This document shows, piece after piece, positions 26,877-33,505 of a stretch of 64,000 nt of DNA; within the stretch, counting starts at the first letter, position 1, and every line of letters starts with the position of its first letter. Source of the DNA: Escherichia phage VpaE1_ev035; sequence record LR699048; one strand, written 5' to 3'. A model generated the notes under the pieces. It was not told where the DNA came from. It worked only from the letters and a program-made list of their open reading frames with translations, and ran no database searches. Position numbers and translations under genes: made by a program.

Positions 26877-26954
26877 GGTTATGTAGTTTAATTTGGTTAA
26901 AATACTCCCCTGTCACGGGAGATGATGAGGGTTCAAATCCCTTCGTAACCGCCA
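26877..26954 (+). tRNA. tRNA-Asp (anticodon GUC)
   Basis: Acceptor GGTTATG/CGTAACC, anticodon stem CTCCC/GGGAG with loop CUGUCAC, T-loop TTCAAAT, CCA. Confidence 0.75.
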
Positions 26955-27012
26955 ATTTTGAGAGGGCTATTTAGCCCCTCCCTTAAAGGGTTCTTACGAG
27001 TATCCTTTAAAG

Positions 27013-27092
27013 GAGCAGAAGACCAAATACAGCAAGTTACTTAAAATTTCAAGCCAATTTAATTTTGAAAAATTTAAAACTTGGTCTGGCTC
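27013..27092 (+). ncRNA. conserved structured tRNA-spacer element, copy 3
   Basis: 5' box GAGCAGAAGACCAAATACAGCAAG, 3' box CTTGGTCTGGCTC; lower helix GAGC/GCUC, AGA/G internal loop, upper helix AGACCAA/UUGGUCU. Confidence 0.45.
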
Positions 27093-27097
27093 AACAA

Positions 27098-27236
27098 ATT
27101 TACAGAAGACCGTTTACAGCAAAACTTAAACAATCTATTTCTCGGTAAAGAAAAGGCGAAGGTTCGATTCCTTCACTCGGCAGATGTCGAGTTGGTGTAA
27201 TGGTAGCACTTAAGATGATAAACAACGGTCTGGTAA
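27098..27236 (+). ncRNA. conserved structured tRNA-spacer element, copy 4, enclosing a circularly permuted tRNA-like module (Y RNA/YrlA-like architecture)
   Basis: 5' box TTTACAGAAGACCGTTTACAGCAA, 3' box AACGGTCTGGTAA (lower helix UUAC/GUAA, upper helix 8 bp); apical region 27158-27210 holds T-arm GAAGG-TTCGATT-CCTTC, then acceptor 3' strand ACTCGGC joined by a short loop to acceptor 5' strand GTCGAGT, then D-arm GTG-TAATGGTAG-CAC; no anticodon arm. Confidence 0.45.
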
Positions 27237-27382
27237 TTATCTTTGTAGATAAGTTATTAAGCTTACCTGTGAGTATGCGACCACAAAGGGTGAAAGGGTA
27301 AATTCTAGATTTAAACCCAAAAAGGCACATCGCTACAGACCTTAAGCAAGTCTGGGTAGCTTATCTACAAAGATAATTTAAT

Positions 27383-27458
27383 GGAAGTGTAGCAGAATGG
27401 TGATGCGGCAGACTTTTAATCTGACAGGCGATGGGTTCGAATCCCTCCACTTCTACCA
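27383..27458 (+). tRNA. tRNA-Lys (anticodon UUU)
   Basis: Acceptor GGAAGTG/CACTTCT, loop CUUUUAA, T-loop TTCGAAT, CCA; T-stem has mismatches. Confidence 0.6.
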
Positions 27459-27462
27459 ATAT

Positions 27463-27539
27463 GGTTCAGTCGCAGATAAGGTAATGCAAGGGTCTCGTAA
27501 GCCCTATGAATGTGGGTTCGAATCCCATCTGAACCTCCA
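27463..27539 (+). tRNA. tRNA-Thr (anticodon CGU)
   Basis: Acceptor GGTTCAG/CTGAACC, anticodon stem AGGGT/GCCCT with loop CUCGUAA, T-arm GTGGG-TTCGAAT-CCCAT, CCA. Confidence 0.7.
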
Positions 27540-27541
27540 AT

Positions 27542-27616
27542 TGTGGGTTAGCATAAATGGTAATGCAAACGGCTGATAACCGTTAGAAGAGGGTTCGATA
27601 CCCTCACCTACAACCA
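27542..27616 (+). tRNA. tRNA-Ile (anticodon GAU)
   Basis: Acceptor TGTGGGT/ACCTACA, anticodon stem AACGG/CCGTT with loop CUGAUAA, T-arm GAGGG-TTCGATA-CCCTC, CCA. Confidence 0.7.
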
Positions 27617-27631
27617 AGTTCAATAAAGTTG

Positions 27632-27660
27632 TTGACATTGAGATGTGACTACTTTATAGT
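27632..27660 (+). promoter_or_regulatory. sigma70-like promoter inside tRNA array (TTGACA-N17-TATAGT)
   Basis: -35 27632-27637, 17-nt spacer, -10 27655-27660. Confidence 0.5.
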
Positions 27661-27864
27661 AACCTTAGTTTTCGTTGCGTAGCGTCTATTTTGCAAATTT
27701 AAAATAAATGCAAACGACAATGTTTTTCTGGCAGTAGCTTGATAGGCTAAACACCAGTGAGGTCTTCCAATCCCTCATCAAAGAATTTGGCGTACTCGCC
27801 CACGGTATGATTAATAAGGTGGGCATCTTTAAGGGCTTTCTAAGAGAGTCTTTAAAGATAATTA

Positions 27865-27946
27865 CGGGGCGTATCTCAGCGGTCTTCTAAACCGCCGTTA
27901 ACCGAGTAAGTGGAGTATGCGGGTTCGAGTCCTGCCGCCTCGACCA
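27865..27946 (+). tRNA. tRNA-Arg-like (anticodon UCU) with aberrant D-arm and enlarged variable region
   Basis: Acceptor CGGGGCG/CGCCTCG, anticodon stem GCGGT/ACCGC with loop CUUCUAA, T-arm GCGGG-TTCGAGT-CCTGC, CCA; D-region does not fold canonically. Confidence 0.45.
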
Positions 27947-28089
27947 ATTTAGTTAGCAGATTACTTAGACGACCTAAGCGGGTCTTCCTGTAGGGAGGTG
28001 GTCTGTATCTCATGTTTTCCAGAACATGTAAATAATCTGAGAAGGGGCTTTACAGTGTTGAGATAATACGGTAAGCTTCGAATTATAGT

Positions 28090-28172
28090 ATGGGACGATG
28101 TTAAGACTCTAAGGCATGAGCAACGGCCTCCAAAACCGTTTCAAAGGGGTTCAACTCCTCCGTCCCATGCCA
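28090..28172 (+). tRNA. tRNA-Trp (anticodon CCA) with expanded D-region
   Basis: Perfect 7-bp acceptor ATGGGAC/GTCCCAT, anticodon loop CUCCAAA (as in E. coli tRNA-Trp), T-loop TTCAACT, CCA; ~6 extra nt before the anticodon stem. Confidence 0.5.
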
Positions 28173-28185
28173 AAGTCTTATTAGG

Positions 28186-28275
28186 GGTAGGTAGCGGCTA
28201 ATGGTAGCCAAACTGTCTTGAAAACAGTTGCCACTGTAGAGATACGGTGAGGGTTCGACTCCTTTACTTACCGCC
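28186..28275 (+). tRNA. tRNA-Ser (anticodon UGA), long variable arm, CCA apparently not encoded
   Basis: Acceptor GGTAGGT/ACTTACC, D-stem GGC/GCC, anticodon stem ACTGT/ACAGT with loop CUUGAAA, long variable arm, T-loop TTCGACT. Confidence 0.6.
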
Positions 28276-28531
28276 TAATAAGATTTAAAGCCAAGCTTCA
28301 TTCGGATGTTGCTTTGGTATCCCTCGTGTATTGTCGTACACGCACAGTAAAGCACCTAGTAGGTGTCACGGAGAAGAGATAATATCAAGCTCTCCAAAGG
28401 TTCTAGTCACCGGATTAAACAAGACTATGCAAAGACCAAATTAGGTCTTTTTAGAGGGCTTCTAAGGTTATTACAGCTTGTTGTGGAACCTTGTTGCTTA
28501 GGTTCTTAGAAGTTCTCTAAAAAGATTTAAT

Positions 28532-28609
28532 GGGAGATTGATGGTAATTGGTAAACCTATCTCGCTTAGAACGAGATGTTTGAGGGTTCGAATCCCTTGT
28601 CTCCTACCA
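28532..28609 (+). tRNA. tRNA with Leu anticodon UAG but short variable arm (type-I architecture)
   Basis: Acceptor GGGAGAT/GTCTCCT, anticodon stem TCTCG/CGAGA with loop CUUAGAA, 5-nt variable loop, T-arm GAGGG-TTCGAAT-CCCTT, A73, CCA. Confidence 0.55.
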
Positions 28610-28616
28610 AATTAAT

Positions 28617-28692
28617 GCAGGTGTAGCAAAATGGTTATGCGGCTGACTCTTAATCAGTAAGACGATGGGTTCAATTCCCTCCACCTGTACCA
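28617..28692 (+). tRNA. tRNA-Lys (anticodon CUU)
   Basis: Acceptor GCAGGTG/CACCTGT, anticodon stem GCTGA/TCAGT with loop CUCUUAA, T-loop TTCAATT, CCA. Confidence 0.55.
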
Positions 28693-28698
28693 AAAAAT

Positions 28699-28774
28699 GG
28701 GGTCATAGTTTATATGGTTAAAATTCGAGTTTTGCAAACTTGGGAACTGAGTTCAATTCTCAGTGACTCCACCA
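28699..28774 (+). tRNA. tRNA-Ala (anticodon UGC)
   Basis: Acceptor GGGGTCA/TGACTCC, loop UUUGCAA, T-arm CTGAG-TTCAATT-CTCAG, CCA. Confidence 0.7.
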
Positions 28775-28780
28775 ATTAGT

Positions 28781-28855
28781 GCATCCATAGTTTAAACGGG
28801 AAAATTACAGTCTTCCAAACTGAGGTTGAGGGTTCGATTCCCTCTGGATGCTCCA
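28781..28855 (+). tRNA. tRNA-Gly (anticodon UCC)
   Basis: Perfect acceptor GCATCCA/TGGATGC, loop CUUCCAA, T-arm GAGGG-TTCGATT-CCCTC, CCA. Confidence 0.75.
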
Positions 28856-28861
28856 AATAAT

Positions 28862-28937
28862 GCTCCTATCGTATAATTGGCTATTACGGTTGCCTTGTAA
28901 GCAACTTATCAGGGTTCGAATCCTTGTGGGAGCACCA
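28862..28937 (+). tRNA. tRNA-Thr (anticodon UGU)
   Basis: Acceptor GCTCCTA/TGGGAGC, anticodon stem GTTGC/GCAAC with loop CUUGUAA, T-arm CAGGG-TTCGAAT-CCTTG, CCA. Confidence 0.75.
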
Positions 28938-29032
28938 ATTCAGAGGTCAAGTGAAAGACCGCTGGTGTCAACTGAAGACCGTAACAAATTCCACGGAGTT
29001 GAGTTAGCGGCACAACTTCAGACCTCTTTCAC
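28938..29032 (+). ncRNA. candidate structured RNA between tRNA-Thr(UGU) and tRNA-Val
   Basis: Multiple complementary segments (GAGGTC/GACCTC, GTGAAAG/CTTTCAC, CTGAAG/CTTCAG); contains a GAAGACCG box related to the spacer elements; no tRNA fold. Confidence 0.3.
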
Positions 29033-29107
29033 ACTCGCTTAGTTTATATGGTAAAACATCACCCTTACAAGATGAAGAAAAAGGTTCAAGTCCTTTAGTG
29101 AGTACCA
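29033..29107 (+). tRNA. tRNA-Val (anticodon UAC)
   Basis: Acceptor ACTCGCT/AGTGAGT, loop CUUACAA, T-arm AAAGG-TTCAAGT-CCTTT, CCA. Confidence 0.65.
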
Positions 29108-29108
29108 T

Positions 29109-29186
29109 GTTCCAGTATCCCAATTGGCAGAGGATGCAAGCTCAAACCTTGTACTAGTGACGGTTCGAATCCGTCTTGGAACACCA
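29109..29186 (+). tRNA. tRNA with Leu anticodon CAA but short variable arm (type-I architecture)
   Basis: Acceptor GTTCCAG/TTGGAAC, anticodon stem GCAAG/CTTGT with loop CUCAAAC, T-arm GACGG-TTCGAAT-CCGTC, A73, CCA. Confidence 0.55.
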
Positions 29187-29191
29187 ATTTT

Positions 29192-29267
29192 GCAGGATTA
29201 GTTCAAATGGATAGAGCAACAGTCTACGAAGCTGTTAATAGGGGTTCGAATCCCTTATCCTGCACCA
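29192..29267 (+). tRNA. tRNA-Arg (anticodon ACG)
   Basis: Perfect acceptor GCAGGAT/ATCCTGC, D-arm GTTCAAATGGATAGAGC, loop CUACGAA, T-arm AGGGG-TTCGAAT-CCCTT, CCA. Confidence 0.8.
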
Positions 29268-29285
29268 GATAAGCAAGAGGAATTT

Positions 29286-29528
29286 ATGCAAACATTAATC
29301 GTCGTTGAACATGAAAATTCCAATAGTATTGAGTTTGTAAGGGTTCCCACTATAGATACCCACATTTTCTTAAAAGTCGGATGGGAATGCGACCCAATAA
29401 AAGTAGAAAGATTTATTGGTCATTGCTTTGGTGGAAGACAACTTAAAAGTGTCAATTTTGAGACAATGTTACCAGAAAGCTCAGAAACAAGTAATAATGC
29501 TTACCTCCTTACGAGGGTTAGACAATGA
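29286..29528 (+). CDS. hypothetical protein (inside tRNA array)
   Basis: ORF track, ATG with AGAGG RBS. Confidence 0.4.
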   Translation: MQTLIVVEHENSNSIEFVRVPTIDTHIFLKVGWECDPIKVERFIGHCFGGRQLKSVNFETMLPESSETSNNAYLLTRVRQ

Positions 29529-30082
29529 GATACTTAAAATATGCTTCATGGATTTTCTTAGCTTTGCTAGAACCACTTGCAGCAATACTAGCAGTTATCT
29601 TAGCACCTTTCGTAGTTCCATTCTACAGTGAGAAGAAAGGACATCTACCTTTTGGATTCAGATGGATGGAGACCTATGACAACCCAATTGATGGTGATGA
29701 AGGTCACGTTAAAAGATGGGCTAATATTAGATGGATTGGTAAACTAGGTGTCTACATGCAAAGAGTTGGATGGCTCTGGAGAAACAAAGCTTATAACTTC
29801 TCTTACCATGTGTTAGGAAGAGATGTAAAAGATGTTACTAAGTGGAAAGGTAATATCAACGTAAGTTCTAACCCTGAAGATAATCAGACTGGTTATCTCC
29901 TAATGTGGAACAGGAATGCTTGGGGATTATTCGCTTTTATCCCATCAATTAAAATCTTTGGTAAACAATTTTACTGGAGAATTTATATTGGATGGAAACT
30001 AAAAAGTGTTGTCCCAGAAGAAAGAGCATTCTCAAGGGAAAGAGTTATGTTGGCATTCTTTATTCATCCACTGAGAAAGTAA
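29525..30082 (+). CDS. hypothetical membrane protein (inside tRNA array)
   Basis: N-terminal hydrophobic segment IFLALLEPLAAILAVILAPFVV; Trp-rich. Confidence 0.45.
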   Translation: MRYLKYASWIFLALLEPLAAILAVILAPFVVPFYSEKKGHLPFGFRWMETYDNPIDGDEGHVKRWANIRWIGKLGVYMQRVGWLWRNKAYNFSYHVLGRDVKDVTKWKGNINVSSNPEDNQTGYLLMWNRNAWGLFAFIPSIKIFGKQFYWRIYIGWKLKSVVPEERAFSRERVMLAFFIHPLRK

Positions 30083-30090
30083 AGATTTAA

Positions 30091-30166
30091 AGGGGATTAG
30101 TTTACAAGGTTAAAACCTCGGTCTTTGAAATCGAAGAAGTTGGTTCAATTCCAACATCCCCCGCCA
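30091..30166 (+). tRNA. tRNA-Gln (anticodon UUG)
   Basis: Acceptor AGGGGAT/ATCCCCC (1:72 unpaired), anticodon stem TCGGT/ATCGA with loop CUUUGAA, T-arm GTTGG-TTCAATT-CCAAC, CCA. Confidence 0.65.
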
Positions 30167-30168
30167 AT

Positions 30169-30247
30169 GCTCCATTACTCCAATTGGCAGAGAGGCCAGA
30201 CTTAAAATCTGTGTTATGTATCGGTTCGAATCCGATATGGAGTACCA
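30169..30247 (+). tRNA. tRNA with Leu anticodon UAA but short variable arm (type-I architecture)
   Basis: Acceptor GCTCCAT/ATGGAGT, anticodon stem CCAGA/TCTGT with loop CUUAAAA, T-arm ATCGG-TTCGAAT-CCGAT, A73, CCA. Confidence 0.55.
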
Positions 30248-30252
30248 AATTT

Positions 30253-30328
30253 AGCGGTATAGCATAACTGGCAATGCAGCAGTCTCTGAAGCTGTCTTAT
30301 TAAGGTTCAAATCCTTATGCCGCTGCCA
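30253..30328 (+). tRNA. tRNA-Gln (anticodon CUG)
   Basis: Acceptor AGCGGTA/TGCCGCT, anticodon stem GCAGT/GCTGT (two G-U pairs) with loop CUCUGAA, T-arm TAAGG-TTCAAAT-CCTTA, CCA. Confidence 0.6.
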
Positions 30329-30359
30329 CTTCTAAGGGTTCTTACGAGAGTCCTTAAAT

Positions 30360-30435
30360 GTGGCCTTATCATAAATGGTAATGACCCATGCTGTGAACAT
30401 GGTCTATACGGGTTCAAATCCCGTAGGTCACCCCA
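30360..30435 (+). tRNA. tRNA-His (anticodon GUG)
   Basis: Acceptor GTGGCCT/AGGTCAC, perfect anticodon stem CCATG/CATGG with loop CUGUGAA, T-arm ACGGG-TTCAAAT-CCCGT, discriminator C73, CCA. Confidence 0.75.
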
Positions 30436-30440
30436 ATTTA

Positions 30441-30517
30441 TAGTCCAAGTAGCTTATATGGTTAAAGCGCGTGTCTGAAAAACATGAGAAGAGGGTTCAA
30501 ATCCCACTGGACTACCA
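30441..30517 (+). tRNA. tRNA-Phe (anticodon GAA)
   Basis: Acceptor TAGTCCA/TGGACTA, anticodon stem CGTGT/ACATG with loop CUGAAAA, T-loop TTCAAAT; exact ends uncertain. Confidence 0.6.
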
Positions 30518-30533
30518 ATTTCAAAGGTGCTTA

Positions 30534-31268
30534 ATGAAAGAGATGACAGAACAAGGTAAGGAGATTTTTAATCTCTTAAAAACTGGTAAAGGGTTCTCTA
30601 ATCCCCTTATTACTGGTGCAGCAGTTCTCGGTGGAACCGTAGCTGCCTCTATATCACTTGTAAGCTCTATTAGCTCTGTAACAGACCCTACAATAAAAGA
30701 TAAACTTGTTGCTGCTGGACTTACAACAGTTCTGCTTAACAGCTTTACAACGAGTCTGACAAGCACTACATCAACTACCAAAACGCTAACGGATTATGGT
30801 CAAAAATCCATTGATGAGTTTTCATCACGTATGCAGGTAGCAAAAGGTTATTCTAATGTTATGGGTGCAGCAGGGGAGCAAGTTGGTTGTACACCGTTTA
30901 GTGGTATTATGGGCGTTGCTACAGAATATGGTCAAAAAGCTATTGACACAATTAACAGTGCACTAGATGGCGTTAATGATGTGTTAAGTGACTTACAAGA
31001 TGCTATTGATAATGGTCTTGATACTGTTTCTGATTTAGCTAACCAAGCTGTCAGTAAGATTAATGAAGGTATCTCAAAGATTACAGCTTATGCAGATGAA
31101 GTTGTGCAGATGATTGAAGAAGAGGCTGCCCTTATTGCAGAGTACCTTAAAACGAATATCAATGGGTTCTTAGCAGGTATCTTACCAGACTGGTTTGATG
31201 ATGCCTGTAAAACTGGTGTAATTGACACTATTGCAACACCAGAAATGAAGAGCGCATTACAGAAATAA
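30534..31268 (+). CDS. hypothetical protein (inside tRNA array)
   Basis: ORF track frame 30471..31268 starts inside tRNA-Phe; first ATG after the tRNA at 30534; Ser/Thr/Ala-rich with helical C-terminus. Confidence 0.5.
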   Translation: MKEMTEQGKEIFNLLKTGKGFSNPLITGAAVLGGTVAASISLVSSISSVTDPTIKDKLVAAGLTTVLLNSFTTSLTSTTSTTKTLTDYGQKSIDEFSSRMQVAKGYSNVMGAAGEQVGCTPFSGIMGVATEYGQKAIDTINSALDGVNDVLSDLQDAIDNGLDTVSDLANQAVSKINEGISKITAYADEVVQMIEEEAALIAEYLKTNINGFLAGILPDWFDDACKTGVIDTIATPEMKSALQK

Positions 31269-31269
31269 T

Positions 31270-31360
31270 GGAAGATTAACCCTAAAAGGTAAGGGAGCAG
31301 TTTGCTAAACTGCCAGTAGCTGAGAAATCGGTGTACCAGTTCAAGTCTGGTATCTTCCTC
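31270..31360 (+). tRNA. tRNA-Ser (anticodon GCU), long variable arm
   Basis: Perfect acceptor GGAAGAT/ATCTTCC, D-stem CCC/GGG, perfect anticodon stem GCAGT/ACTGC with loop UUGCUAA, ~20-nt variable arm, T-arm ACCAG-TTCAAGT-CTGGT, CCA. Confidence 0.8.
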
Positions 31361-31367
31361 CAATTTT

Positions 31368-31443
31368 GAATCCGTGACAGAAATGGATATGTGCCTGTCT
31401 GCAAAACAGGTTTATAAGGGTTCAAGTCCCTTCGGATTCTCCA
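31368..31443 (+). tRNA. tRNA-Cys (anticodon GCA)
   Basis: Perfect acceptor GAATCCG/CGGATTC, perfect anticodon stem CCTGT/ACAGG with loop CUGCAAA, T-arm AAGGG-TTCAAGT-CCCTT, CCA. Confidence 0.8.
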
Positions 31444-31480
31444 AGTTATTTTACTCTCTCTCAATTAAAATAATAATAAT

Positions 31481-31541
31481 GCCCTGCTATAAGTATTCTT
31501 CCTTTCGCTACCGAAGAGTATTTTTAGACAGGGCTTTTTTA
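31481..31541 (+). terminator. terminator at end of tRNA array (long hairpin + T6)
   Basis: GCCCTG ... CAGGGC stem enclosing a ~40-nt loop, then TTTTTT. Confidence 0.5.
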
Positions 31542-31665
31542 CAGAGTTATACTTTATAGGAAGACTTATACAGTATGTCTCTGACGTACATTGTGGTTTC
31601 TCCTTGACGGTCTCTGTGCCGTCTTTTTTAAGGGGAAACAAGATTAATTATTTGGAGAAAACATA

Positions 31666-31866
31666 ATGAGCGAGAACGTTTATAAAGAACTTTATGAAGC
31701 TAACAAGAAGTTAGAGTTTATGCAGAATACTATCATGGCAATTGCAGATAGATTATCTGTAGCAACAGGTATTGATATTCAAGAAGCGTCTATGGATGCA
31801 CTTCTTGATGCTGTTGATGCAAAGTTCGAAGTTAAGAAAGAAGAGACTGCTACAGACTCTGAATAA
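31666..31866 (+). CDS. hypothetical small acidic protein upstream of terminase
   Basis: ORF track, 66 aa. Confidence 0.4.
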   Translation: MSENVYKELYEANKKLEFMQNTIMAIADRLSVATGIDIQEASMDALLDAVDAKFEVKKEETATDSE

Positions 31867-31887
31867 TTCTATTTGCGGAGGTGCTTA

Positions 31888-33489
31888 ATGGACTTAAATG
31901 CTGTTAAGCAGAAGCGAGTGGAAGATGTTAGGAAAGTCCTAGCTGGAGAGTTGGGGCTTTCTGATGAAGTAAAAGAAATTATCAAATCATTCGGTAAAGA
32001 CCCCTCTAAATTCCTTCCAACTCAAATTCTGACTTTATTAAGATACACACCAGACCAAGTTAGACTTATCTTCAAATTGATGACTGATAAGAACTATGTA
32101 GCCCCTCAGCCGGGTTCTCAAGAGGTCTTTTTAAATACTAATGCTGACTTGGTTCTCTATGGTGGTGCTGCTGGTGCTGGTAAGACTGCCGCATTGTTAA
32201 TGGACTCTTTAAGATTTATTGAAGACCCTAACTATAATGCTGTATATTTCCGTCGAAATACAACACAGTTACAAGGTGGTTTATGGCCTGCTGCAAAGAA
32301 ACTATTTGGTAAGTTTGGTGGGATTCCTCACGAGCAGAAAATGACTATCACATTCCCTTCTGGGGCAACTATCAAGTTTACCTACCTAGAACTTGAAAAG
32401 CACGCTGAAGGTCATCAGGGTATTGAATACTCAGCTATTTACTTTGACGAAGGTACGCACTTCTCTGCTTCACAGATTTCATACCTACAAACCCGTCTAC
32501 GTTCTGGTGCTGAAGGTGATTCATACATGAAGATTTCCATGAACCCAGACAGAGACCATTTTATTTATGATTGGGTAGAACCATTCTTAGATGAAGAAGG
32601 TTATCCAGACCCTGAAAAGTGTGGTCGTATTCGTTGGTATGTAATGAACGATGGTGTGATGGTTTCTGATTGGGAGAGAGACAAGATTCTTGAAATGTTC
32701 CCTCTTGAGATTCCTCAAACATACACCTTCATCTCTGGTACGATTGATGATAACCCAATTCTTGACTTCTTAGAACCAAAGTATCGCGGTAAGCTTGAAA
32801 ACAACACTCCTGTAAACGTTGCAAGACTTCGTTTCGGTAACTGGAAGGCTCGTGCAGAAGGTTCAAACTATTGGCAAAGACAATGGTGTGAAATTGTTGA
32901 TTCACTCCCAGAAGATGTATTTGATGTTAGAGCATGGGACTTAGCAGCAACTTTACCATCTGAGATTAACCCTAATCCAGACTGGACAGCAGGTGTTAAG
33001 ATGGGTAAATCTAAAAAAGACGGTTGCTATTATATCATTGATGTAGTAAGATTTAGAGATAGACCCTCTGGAGTCGAAACACAAATTAATTTGACTGCTG
33101 AAAGTGACGGTAAGCGAACTGGTATTTTTATCCCTCAAGACCCAGGCGCTGCTGGTAAATCCTACGCAACATCCCTCATCAGGAAACTTGCCGAGAAAGG
33201 CTATCGTGCAAGAGCTAAACCAACAAATAAAGATAAAGTTACCCGCTTTGCGGGATTTTCTGCTGCTTCTGAAGCTGGACTTGTAAAAGTCTTGAGAGGT
33301 AGTTGGAATGAAGCTTACTTTCAAGAGCTTGAAGGTTTTTGTGGTGATGGTAAAACTAAAGATGACCAAGTGGATGCTACCAGTGATGCTTTCAACAGTC
33401 TTAACGAAGTTAAATTATTCAAGCCACCATCAATGGGTGCTCACACAGATTTAGTGAGAGGAAACCCATATGAGGGGCTTAGACGTTGA
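31888..33489 (+). CDS. terminase large subunit
   Basis: Walker A LYGGAAGAGKT, Walker B-like IYFDEG, C-terminal nuclease-like region; ATG 31888 with GGAGG RBS (ORF track frame begins at TTG 31873). Confidence 0.9.
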   Translation: MDLNAVKQKRVEDVRKVLAGELGLSDEVKEIIKSFGKDPSKFLPTQILTLLRYTPDQVRLIFKLMTDKNYVAPQPGSQEVFLNTNADLVLYGGAAGAGKTAALLMDSLRFIEDPNYNAVYFRRNTTQLQGGLWPAAKKLFGKFGGIPHEQKMTITFPSGATIKFTYLELEKHAEGHQGIEYSAIYFDEGTHFSASQISYLQTRLRSGAEGDSYMKISMNPDRDHFIYDWVEPFLDEEGYPDPEKCGRIRWYVMNDGVMVSDWERDKILEMFPLEIPQTYTFISGTIDDNPILDFLEPKYRGKLENNTPVNVARLRFGNWKARAEGSNYWQRQWCEIVDSLPEDVFDVRAWDLAATLPSEINPNPDWTAGVKMGKSKKDGCYYIIDVVRFRDRPSGVETQINLTAESDGKRTGIFIPQDPGAAGKSYATSLIRKLAEKGYRARAKPTNKDKVTRFAGFSAASEAGLVKVLRGSWNEAYFQELEGFCGDGKTKDDQVDATSDAFNSLNEVKLFKPPSMGAHTDLVRGNPYEGLRR

Positions 33490-33505
33490 TAGCTAGGTGA
33501 GAAGA

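Noticed and set aside
27156-27210. Interpretation as a bona fide permuted or split tRNA gene
   Set aside because: No anticodon arm can be formed and no CCA follows; better described as a tRNA-like module within a larger structured element.
26310-31559. Short ORFs from the ORF track overlapping tRNA genes and spacers (e.g. 26310-26561, 26476-26715, 27100-27330, 28848-29042, 31088-31464)
   Set aside because: They overlap well-formed tRNA cloverleafs or structured spacers on either strand; treated as chance ORFs in RNA-coding DNA.
32953-33369. 138-aa minus-strand ORF inside the terminase gene
   Set aside because: Antisense shadow ORF within a gene that has clear Walker motifs; no RBS.
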